From a virus, in the IMG/VR virus record IMGVR_UViG_3300009159_008968, positions 71,410 to 135,409 of that record: a stretch of 64,000 bases of DNA. One strand, given 5' to 3'. The notes under the pieces are model-generated. The model did not search any database. It was not told the DNA's origin and saw only the letters and a program-made list of their open reading frames with translations. The translations under genes and the position numbers were made by a program. This document shows positions 27,684-34,961 of this stretch, one piece after another; position 1 is the stretch's first letter; every line of letters starts with the position of its first letter.

Positions 27684-28451
27684 ATGAAAAAAGATAAAAT
27701 TCCCGGTGGTAAAGCAAAAGGTAAATCTTTGAAAGATATTGCAATGATGCATTCTACCGATAAATCTGATTCTAGAAAAATTGATAAATTACTTGATAGT
27801 CTAAAAATAGAATTAAAAAAAGGAATTAAAACTGAATTGGAACACACAACCAATGAAGAATATGCTAAAGAAATAGCAATGGATCATTTATATGAAGATC
27901 CAAAATATTATACAAAACTTTCAAAAATTGAAGAAATGAAAAATACAAAAAAATTAAATCTTAACGACCTTTCAAGAATGGTGAAAAAAGCCTTGAACGA
28001 AGAGTTTGAGGGCGGCGTGAACTATGACACCGATGTTGCCATTGAGTTAAAATCCAAGGTGGGGCAACTTTCCAAACTTACACCGTATGTTCTTGAATTG
28101 GGAAACAGGGTCGTTTCGGACATTACAGGAAAAGTAAGCGTATACGAAGATACAACACTCAAAAAGAAATTCAATAACGTTGATGATTTACTTAAGGGTA
28201 TAAAATATGGTCCAACAAGAATAACAGAAGAAGATTCTTCAATGCCACATAAAGATCATGAAGCTATGATGGCGAAAGCAGAGATTCGTGATATGGTTAA
28301 AAATGCGAAAGAAGTTTATAAAATGATTCAACCGGGTGATGAACTTCCGGGTTGGGTTTCGGCTTATATAACTTTAGCTTCTGATTATATGCATAGCATC
28401 GCTGAATATATGACTGAAAAGAATAGTTCAGGTGAAGATTTAGAACAATAA
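27684..28451 (+). CDS. Three-module putative head protein
   Basis: KGIKTELEHT..AKEIAMDHLYEDPKYYTKL module, GC-richer middle module, C-terminal DELPGWVSAYITLASDYM module. Confidence 0.6.
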   Translation: MKKDKIPGGKAKGKSLKDIAMMHSTDKSDSRKIDKLLDSLKIELKKGIKTELEHTTNEEYAKEIAMDHLYEDPKYYTKLSKIEEMKNTKKLNLNDLSRMVKKALNEEFEGGVNYDTDVAIELKSKVGQLSKLTPYVLELGNRVVSDITGKVSVYEDTTLKKKFNNVDDLLKGIKYGPTRITEEDSSMPHKDHEAMMAKAEIRDMVKNAKEVYKMIQPGDELPGWVSAYITLASDYMHSIAEYMTEKNSSGEDLEQ

Positions 28452-28470
28452 AATTTTTAAAATAAAAAAT

Positions 28471-28498
28471 TAACCCCGACTACAAATCGGGGTTTTTT
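28471..28498. terminator. Terminator hairpin between convergent genes
   Basis: AACCCCGA-CTACAAA-TCGGGGTT flanked by A and T runs. Confidence 0.75.
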
Positions 28499-29520
28499 AT
28501 GAATGGTTTTTCGTAAGCAGGTTCAATTATTTTCCATATTATATAATCGTATTTTTTACCATCTAACATCTTAAATAATATAGCTGGGTATTTTTGTTTT
28601 TTTGCATACTCTGCAAAATCAGCTCTGGTTTCACCTAAATTCCAAGAATGAAATCTATGAAATAATTTATTAGATTCTTGTTCAATAGATTTATAATTGT
28701 TTTCTAATGTAAGCTTAGTGTCTTTTACCCAATTATAAAATTCATCTGGAACTTTATCTAATATCTCATTAAAATCACCTCCATCAACTAAAAATTGCCA
28801 AATAGTTCTTGATGAAACTTGAGTCAAAATCCTATGCAAGCGAACATACTCATCAAACTTAACTTTTAAACGAAATCCGTTTTGGAATTTGACAACAAAT
28901 CCTTCTTTGTTATTCTCTTCTAATTTTTTTAATTCATTTATATCTTTGATCCCATCGTATCTTTTTACAATAGGAAATCCAATAGGTTCTAACTCACAAT
29001 CTAAACCCGTTTCTTTATCTATAACAGCTAACAAAATTATATCATGAGTATTACCATAATTTACACAAATACGATTCTCGGGGTAGATTATTTCAAACAA
29101 ATATGTTTTTGTTTTATCTAATCTAGGAATAACATTTATATACCTGTTATGTAAAATCTTAGTTGCATAAATTGCTTGATCAGATTCGAAAGAACCTCTT
29201 GTTGCAATAAATGGTTCATCACCTATCCAATACAATATTCCTAAAGACCCATCCATTTTTTCATAAACTTCAAAAGGTAATGAAGGTATTTCCTCATTGG
29301 TATGTTCTTCTAAATTAAAAAACTTCTTAAATGGACGTGCAATTACATTATAGTTTGAATCTAATATTAATCCTCTACATTGTAAGGTAATATCATTCCA
29401 CAACCTCTCATATTGCACTTTTGGTCCATAATTATAAATGAAATAGTCAGCAGTTTTATGCTTCTGCACGATGATCATTTTATCATCTATCATCTTATTT
29501 AAATCGCTGATATTTAACAT
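28480..29520 (-). CDS. T4 Rnl1/RnlA-like RNA ligase
   Basis: CRGLIL, ARPFKKFFN, motif I EKMDGSL, FEII, motif IV EGFVV and motif V RLKVKFDEY. Confidence 0.88.
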   Translation of the reverse strand: MLNISDLNKMIDDKMIIVQKHKTADYFIYNYGPKVQYERLWNDITLQCRGLILDSNYNVIARPFKKFFNLEEHTNEEIPSLPFEVYEKMDGSLGILYWIGDEPFIATRGSFESDQAIYATKILHNRYINVIPRLDKTKTYLFEIIYPENRICVNYGNTHDIILLAVIDKETGLDCELEPIGFPIVKRYDGIKDINELKKLEENNKEGFVVKFQNGFRLKVKFDEYVRLHRILTQVSSRTIWQFLVDGGDFNEILDKVPDEFYNWVKDTKLTLENNYKSIEQESNKLFHRFHSWNLGETRADFAEYAKKQKYPAILFKMLDGKKYDYIIWKIIEPAYEKPFIKNPDL

Positions 29521-29538
29521 TTCTTTCTCTTTTAAACA

Positions 29539-29570
29539 AATTTAAACGAAAATTACTTAAATTAGTTACA
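29539..29570 (-). promoter_or_regulatory. TGTAACT-N15-CGTTTAAATT motif, copy 3
   Basis: Upstream of the RNA ligase; continues as TAAATTTG, which matches the Bacteroidota -7 consensus. Confidence 0.6.
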
Positions 29571-29592
29571 TATTTATTAAAAAAAGATTTAT

Positions 29593-30072
29593 ATGTTTGA
29601 GAGAAAAATAAGAAAGACTGTTCGTGAAATCATGGAACAAGAATATATTAAAGATCAATCTGTCTATGATATTGTTGGAAAAAAAATGGGTGATATATTT
29701 CCAAGTAATCCCGGTATAAATAAAATAAGAAATAAAACTATCACATACGCAAAATTATTTGAAGGTGGTGAAGAGTTTAAAGGATATTACTCTTCAAAAG
29801 AATATTTAAGAAATGAAGGTTATGAATCAGGATCTATGATGAGAGATTATCCTATACCTTTTATGAAAATGGGTAAAACTCATGTTGATAATAGAGGAAA
29901 TACTATGATCATAACTAAATACGAAGAAGAACGACCTTTGATAATTACAAAATATGATGCACTTTCTGCTGAAAGTTTTGCTGAACTAGATGGAGTTATA
30001 ATTCCAGCTCCAGATCAAAATAATATGAGAGAGGGAAGTATCTATGTTGTATTCTTTAATTTTCCTGATTAA
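29593..30072 (+). CDS. Hypothetical protein with N-terminal RKIRKTVREIME helix
   Basis: 159-aa ORF; TATTTAT at 29571..29577. Confidence 0.6.
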   Translation: MFERKIRKTVREIMEQEYIKDQSVYDIVGKKMGDIFPSNPGINKIRNKTITYAKLFEGGEEFKGYYSSKEYLRNEGYESGSMMRDYPIPFMKMGKTHVDNRGNTMIITKYEEERPLIITKYDALSAESFAELDGVIIPAPDQNNMREGSIYVVFFNFPD

Positions 30073-30456
30073 TTATTTGATCTCGTCAATTAAACCAAAT
30101 AGATTTTTATTGATTATTCTGTACCACTGTTCTCTATTCCATTCAAATCCTAAATTGCCATAGTTCTTTTCAAATTCTATTATTTCTTTGACTATGACAG
30201 TTTGATCATTTGGATTTATCCTTTCCCATTCTTTTAATATCCAATCTACAACTGTGTTAACGGCTCCTGTTTTTCTACCTACAGCGTATCTTACACAAAA
30301 AATAATCATAGTAGAATCACAAATGAATTTTTCATCTCTATAAAAAAATGTATCCTCAGTTAATATGTTTAAAATATAATCTTTATTATCTTTTATATAT
30401 TTTTTGAAGTCGTTTTCAGAATTGAAGTTTTTAGGAAATTTTTTACTTTTTTTCAT
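30073..30456 (-). CDS. Hypothetical protein
   Basis: 127-aa ORF with a CVRYAVGRKT motif. Confidence 0.6.
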   Translation of the reverse strand: MKKSKKFPKNFNSENDFKKYIKDNKDYILNILTEDTFFYRDEKFICDSTMIIFCVRYAVGRKTGAVNTVVDWILKEWERINPNDQTVIVKEIIEFEKNYGNLGFEWNREQWYRIINKNLFGLIDEIK

Positions 30457-30497
30457 TTTTACATTCTATTTATTAATATAGTATAAACTCAAATAAA

Positions 30498-30788
30498 ATG
30501 AAACTTAATAAACAAGAATTTTTTAACCTTATAAAAGAAGAAGTAAAAAAAGCTATTGAGGAAATTAATACACTTAATGAAGGTAAAACAAAAAAGAAAA
30601 AACCTTCAGCTGGTTTGACTGCAAAAGAAAAATCTAAAGTGGTTAAAAAAGCTAAAAAAGGTGGAGATATAGGTAAAAAAGGAAAAGGTTTTGAAGATGT
30701 TGTAGCAAAGGCAAAAGAATGGGGTGCTGATGATCCAGAAGCTGTAGCAGCTGCAGCAATGTGGAAAAATATTAAAAGAGGTAAATAA
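30498..30788 (+). CDS. Small basic putative head protein
   Basis: FFNLIKEEVKKAIEE helix, then GADDPEAVAAAAMW; TATTTAT at 30467..30473. Confidence 0.6.
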   Translation: MKLNKQEFFNLIKEEVKKAIEEINTLNEGKTKKKKPSAGLTAKEKSKVVKKAKKGGDIGKKGKGFEDVVAKAKEWGADDPEAVAAAAMWKNIKRGK

Positions 30789-30789
30789 T

Positions 30790-31104
30790 ATGATAGATAT
30801 TCACGCTGATCCCGGTTCTTATATTCAAGGAGCAAATAATATTGCATTATCTAACTCATTTAAAAAATTATTAAATGCTAGACCAGATACAACTATTCCA
30901 TTTTTCTTTGATAAAGACGGAAAACAATATATGGGAAGAGCTAAAACAATGTCTGGTGCTAAAGGTGATTATCCAACTTACTACATTAATTTTTTTGAAT
31001 TAGATAATGAAGAAACTGGATTAAAAAAAATAGAATCAAAAATTTTTGCAAAAGGTAGATTAGAATTAGAAGAGAAATTATACGACTATTATAATTCTTT
31101 ATAA
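30790..31104 (+). CDS. Hypothetical protein
   Basis: 104-aa ORF coupled to the previous gene. Confidence 0.55.
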   Translation: MIDIHADPGSYIQGANNIALSNSFKKLLNARPDTTIPFFFDKDGKQYMGRAKTMSGAKGDYPTYYINFFELDNEETGLKKIESKIFAKGRLELEEKLYDYYNSL

Positions 31105-31113
31105 TAAATTACA

Positions 31114-31344
31114 ATGAAAAGTGCTTTAAACAAATCACTTAAATTCTTTTTTATAATTGGTTTTTTGATGTTTTTATTAAATTCATCACAAGAAAAATCT
31201 ACATATAATAAAATAAAATTTTCTCAAAATAGTTGTTCAACAGTAATAATGCCCAATTATAAAAGTTTTTTTATAAAGCATTATGAATCTAAATATAATT
31301 TTCTTTATAACGATATTACTCCTATAAAGAACCAGAGCAAATAA
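31114..31344 (+). CDS. Small membrane or exported protein
   Basis: N-terminal hydrophobic segment. Confidence 0.45.
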   Translation: MKSALNKSLKFFFIIGFLMFLLNSSQEKSTYNKIKFSQNSCSTVIMPNYKSFFIKHYESKYNFLYNDITPIKNQSK

Positions 31345-31385
31345 GTTTTTATTTGTTCTTAAAAACTTTTTAAACTTATATAATC

Positions 31386-32492
31386 ATGATTAAAAAATCT
31401 AAAAAAGATTTACACTTTTTTTCAATTAGTGTAATTGTAATTTTGCTTCTTTTTACAACAATAAAGTGTAGTAAAACAGAAGACCGATCTCAAGTTGATT
31501 TGCAAAGATCTTTACCACCAGCAAAAGCAATATTTGATGATACATTAATGAATCCCGGACCAGATCCAGAATTTGTTAATTCAATTGAAGTGACTCCTAC
31601 AAAAAATTATTTAGCAAGAGTTGCTCCTATTAACACAATAACAACTTGGGAAAGATGTATGTATATTGATAAAACAGATACAATCTATACATCCACAACA
31701 GCTTCAAAAAGATTAGCCGGATATTTAAAAAAATATGGATTTAAAGGAGTTTATCTTTATAGCACTTCAGGAATAGTATCATCAACTTCTAACTATGCTA
31801 ATTTCTCTAATTTCCTAAAAACACTAAGTGATAGTGGTATAGTTTACAGAGGAGTAGCTAGTGGTAGTGCAACAACTTTTAGAACTTCTGGTGGAATTGC
31901 TAATTATAATTTGGCTCAATCAGATGCAAATAAAAAAGTTAATAGAGCTAATCTTGAATTAGAATGGTGGAATGGTGTTACAACATGGGATAATTGGAAT
32001 ACAATTAACCAACAAATATTCTATAGTACAATTCCTGATAATGATTTCTATGAAGGTTGGTATAAAAATATGGGTATTACCATTGATACAATCGCATCAA
32101 AAGATCAAGTGAAGTATTCTGATAGAATTCTATTACATTGCTATCAATTAGGCATTCCTACCTATTCCTATGCTAATGCTCAAAGCGCAGGATCAACCGG
32201 AGGAAGATTAGATATAATCGCCAAAGGTGCAAGACAAGCTGGCCGTAAAATAGATTTGTTTATTATAATATCTTCTGAAAATACAGCTTGGGGTGCATCT
32301 AATACTTTTACAGGCCCAGCTTTAGCTAATGCTTATGTTGCAGGACAAAGTAATCCCTATTTGTTTATAGAAAATCAGGCTTATAATAATATATTTGGGA
32401 ATATGACCACATTCCAAAAACAATGGATAAATTTTAAAGGATTTGTGTGGTTTACTAAAAGATATTGCTATAAAGCTGTACCACCGATGTAA
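31386..32492 (+). CDS. Putative lipoprotein, possible TIM-barrel glycoside-hydrolase-like fold
   Basis: Basic N-terminus, hydrophobic core, TIK|CSKTED; alternating motifs GFKGVYLY, NLELEWW and RILLHCY. Confidence 0.55.
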   Translation: MIKKSKKDLHFFSISVIVILLLFTTIKCSKTEDRSQVDLQRSLPPAKAIFDDTLMNPGPDPEFVNSIEVTPTKNYLARVAPINTITTWERCMYIDKTDTIYTSTTASKRLAGYLKKYGFKGVYLYSTSGIVSSTSNYANFSNFLKTLSDSGIVYRGVASGSATTFRTSGGIANYNLAQSDANKKVNRANLELEWWNGVTTWDNWNTINQQIFYSTIPDNDFYEGWYKNMGITIDTIASKDQVKYSDRILLHCYQLGIPTYSYANAQSAGSTGGRLDIIAKGARQAGRKIDLFIIISSENTAWGASNTFTGPALANAYVAGQSNPYLFIENQAYNNIFGNMTTFQKQWINFKGFVWFTKRYCYKAVPPM

Positions 32493-32495
32493 AAT

Positions 32496-32526
32496 AAAAA
32501 GCCCTAGATTTCTCTAGGGTTTTTTT
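32496..32526 (+). terminator. Intrinsic terminator
   Basis: GCCCTAGA-TTTC-TCTAGGGT followed by a T run. Confidence 0.75.
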
Positions 32527-32594
32527 GTAATCCCGATTGGATTCAAAATATGAGTCTATTTAGCTAAACTAGATAAATTATAGCTCAATGGATA
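32527..32594. pseudogene. tRNA-derived fragments flanking the HNH gene
   Basis: 32527..32547 matches the tRNA-Arg 3' end at 33129..33149 at 18/21 nt; 32581..32594 TAGCTCAATGGATA resembles a D-arm on the opposite strand. Confidence 0.5.
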
Positions 32595-32622
32595 ATATTT
32601 TTTTTTATCCATATTTATTATT

Positions 32623-33129
32623 ATGGAAAAACAAATACTAATAGAATTTATAGAAAAAAATTTTAGCATATCTAAAATTTCTTTAGAAACAAATCTTAGT
32701 AAAACTACTATTAATTATTGGTTAAAAAAATACTCTTTAAAAACATTATCTCAAAATAAAAAAGAAAAGATATGTCCAAGATGTAAAACTAAAAAATTAT
32801 TAGAAGATTTCTATAACAGAAGAAATAAATTTGGAGGTTCTGTTTATTGCAAGAAGTGTACAAACAATCAAATTAAAGAAAGACAAACAGAATATAAAAA
32901 AAAATGTGTTGATTACAAAGGTGGATGTTGTTCTATAAAAAATTGTGGCTATAACAAGTGTCTTACTGCATTAGAATTTCATCATTTGGATCCTAGCAAA
33001 AAGGATTTTTCTATAGGTGAAAAAAAACAATTTTGTTTTGATGAGAGTATTAAAAAGGAATTAGACAAATGTATTTTAGTATGTTCAAACCACCATCGAG
33101 AAATTCATGCTGGTTTAATTGTGCTTTAG
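32623..33129 (+). CDS. HNH endonuclease with N-terminal HTH-like and Zn-finger segments
   Basis: CPRC..CKKC, LEFHHLDP and ELDKCILVCSNHHREIH motifs. Confidence 0.85.
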   Translation: MEKQILIEFIEKNFSISKISLETNLSKTTINYWLKKYSLKTLSQNKKEKICPRCKTKKLLEDFYNRRNKFGGSVYCKKCTNNQIKERQTEYKKKCVDYKGGCCSIKNCGYNKCLTALEFHHLDPSKKDFSIGEKKQFCFDESIKKELDKCILVCSNHHREIHAGLIVL

Positions 33130-33203
33130 TGATTCCGATTGGATTCGAACCAATGGCCATTTCTTTAGAAGAGAAATGCTCTGTCCAGCTGAGCTACGGA
33201 ACC
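33130..33203 (-). tRNA. tRNA-Arg(UCU), no encoded CCA
   Basis: GGTTCCG/CGGAATC acceptor stem, GCTC/GAGC D-stem, TTTCT-CTTCTAA-AGAAA anticodon arm, TTCGAAT T-loop; 3' end reads A-CTA. Confidence 0.92.
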
Positions 33204-33209
33204 ATGTTG

Positions 33210-33281
33210 TAGCGGGAGAAGGATTCGAACCTCCGACTTCCAGATTATGAGTCTGGTGACCCACCTCTGGTCCATCCCGCA
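33210..33281 (-). tRNA. tRNA-Met(CAU), initiator-like, no encoded CCA
   Basis: TGCGGGA/TCCCGCT with T1:T72 mismatch, GACC/GGTC D-stem, CCAGA-CTCATAA-TCTGG, TTCGAAT; 3' end reads A-CAA. Confidence 0.9.
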
Positions 33282-33348
33282 ATAGAACTTGTGTTACAAA
33301 TATAATAAAAAAAAATTATTTTAAAAATAATTTTATAATTTTTTCATG

Positions 33349-33432
33349 TACTCGGGGCGAGACTCGAACTCGCACGGCCACAATGACCAACAGATTTTAA
33401 GTCTGTCTTGGCTACCTTTACAACACCCGAGC
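33349..33432 (-). tRNA. tRNA-Leu(UAA), no encoded CCA
   Basis: GCTCGGG/CCCGAGT, ACAGA-CTTAAAA-TCTGT, long variable arm, TTCGAGT; 3' end reads A-CAT. Confidence 0.92.
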
Positions 33433-33494
33433 ATATATTTTTCAAAGAACAACAATGCAAATATATATAAAATATATATAAAAAGCAAATATAT

Positions 33495-33528
33495 AAAAAA
33501 ACGGCCCAAAAACATATTTTGGACCGTT
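33495..33528 (-). terminator. Terminator-like hairpin between the 33551 ORF and tRNA-Leu
   Basis: Minus strand reads AACGGTCCAAAA-loop-TTTTGGGCCGTT plus T run. Confidence 0.55.
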
Positions 33529-33550
33529 AAATTAATTTATTACCAGAATT

Positions 33551-33808
33551 TTATCGGCTCCACCATTTCATAAGTTGACGGTGAGTAGCATCAACTTTAC
33601 GCATCATGTCTTTAACCTGATTGCGTTGTTGAGCTGGCATGGACTCCATTCCAGTTGAAAACATAGTAAGAGAACGCTTCATTTCATTGAAATGTTTTCT
33701 CATAGCTCTTTTGTAATCACGAACACGGAAATAACCAGTTGAGCCAACGGTATACGTTTGTGGATTACTTTTACTAACTTTTTCTGTTTTTTTGTTAACT
33801 GTTTTCAT
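33551..33808 (-). CDS. Small basic hypothetical protein
   Basis: Probable start is the ATG at 33808 (MKTVNKK), downstream of TATATTTG at 33843..33850. Confidence 0.55.
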   Translation of the reverse strand: MKTVNKKTEKVSKSNPQTYTVGSTGYFRVRDYKRAMRKHFNEMKRSLTMFSTGMESMPAQQRNQVKDMMRKVDATHRQLMKWWSR

Positions 33809-33859
33809 AGTTTTTATAATTTTGTAATAATTAATTATAAAACAAATATAATATATATA

Positions 33860-34045
33860 ATGAACAATTCCAAGACATTTATTAAAACGCAAGAACAATA
33901 TGAGAAAGCGCTAGAATTATACAGAATATTATGGTTAAATTCCAATAATTTTTCTACAATAAAGGCAAAAGCTTCTTTAATGGAAATAATAGAACAATAC
34001 GAAAGAATGAATTTAAAAAATGATAATATTTTAATTAAAAATTAA
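33860..34045 (+). CDS. Small helical hypothetical protein
   Basis: Probable start is the ATG at 33860 (MNNSKTFIKTQEQYEKAL). Confidence 0.45.
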   Translation: MNNSKTFIKTQEQYEKALELYRILWLNSNNFSTIKAKASLMEIIEQYERMNLKNDNILIKN

Positions 34046-34902
34046 GCCACATTTCTTCTTCTACCCCAAATATTTCCATAATTTTGATCTACTTCTTGTT
34101 TTTTCATAAAAAATAGTTCTCTTGGGGTATATAATTGTTTTTGATCTTCTAATGATAAATCTGGTCCATTTACAGGATAGCTCCATTTAAATCCATTAAA
34201 TTTATTTTGTGTTTTCATTTCTTTAAGAAGATCCATCACAAATCTCATATACTTTTCTATTGGCTTTTTATTTTGTTTTCCTTTAACCTGAGTAATGTTG
34301 CCAGTTTCTTCATTATAAGCTACAGTTACATGAGGTTCTTTAGTTTTCTTATCTCTTAAAGATAATAGGGTAGTAGCTTTACCATCTCTTCCACAATGAC
34401 CCATAGCATTTCCTTCTTCGGGTGAATTATTTGTTTTCAAATCAATCCAATAATATCCTTCTGGATATTGTTTTATAATCTCACCTGATTCATCTGTTAT
34501 TTGACCAGATGCTTGTAAAGTTTGGTGCCATTCAATCGCTGCTTCAAGAGCTTCTTCTAGAGTTTTAATTTGTTTTAAATCAACTTGTTCTCTATTTGGA
34601 AATTTCAACCATTCCATAATAGTATTTACGGTAGTTTCGTTATTTTTTAAATACTCTATAACTTTATTTTGATCTACTTGTGGTAAAATTTCTTTTAAAT
34701 TAGAGCTACTAACACCGTGATCATTAGCATATTGTCTTGTAGACCAATCGCCTAACACTAAGGCATATTTTCCTCCAACATCATTAAGATAAGTAGCAAA
34801 TTCATCTGAAAAACCTAATTTCATTAATTTTTCGTTCTTATTTTCAGTAAGAACTCCAGCTAACATTTTTATTCTTTGTGAATATTTCTCGCTTAATAAC
34901 AT
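34042..34902 (-). CDS. PcfJ-like domain protein with a scaffold-like N-terminal peptide
   Basis: EEGNAMGHCG, LLSLRD..EPHVTV and QVKGKQN motifs. Confidence 0.65.
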   Translation of the reverse strand: MLLSEKYSQRIKMLAGVLTENKNEKLMKLGFSDEFATYLNDVGGKYALVLGDWSTRQYANDHGVSSSNLKEILPQVDQNKVIEYLKNNETTVNTIMEWLKFPNREQVDLKQIKTLEEALEAAIEWHQTLQASGQITDESGEIIKQYPEGYYWIDLKTNNSPEEGNAMGHCGRDGKATTLLSLRDKKTKEPHVTVAYNEETGNITQVKGKQNKKPIEKYMRFVMDLLKEMKTQNKFNGFKWSYPVNGPDLSLEDQKQLYTPRELFFMKKQEVDQNYGNIWGRRRNVA

Positions 34903-34961
34903 ATTTAGAATTTATAATAAATATTTAGAATTTTATAATATTTATAATAAAAATTAGAATA

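Noticed and set aside
32527-32600. A fourth functional tRNA
   Set aside because: Only a T-arm/acceptor fragment and a D-arm fragment in opposite orientations; no cloverleaf can be formed.
33346-33573. 75-aa plus-strand ORF
   Set aside because: It is the antisense of tRNA-Leu and its promoter region.
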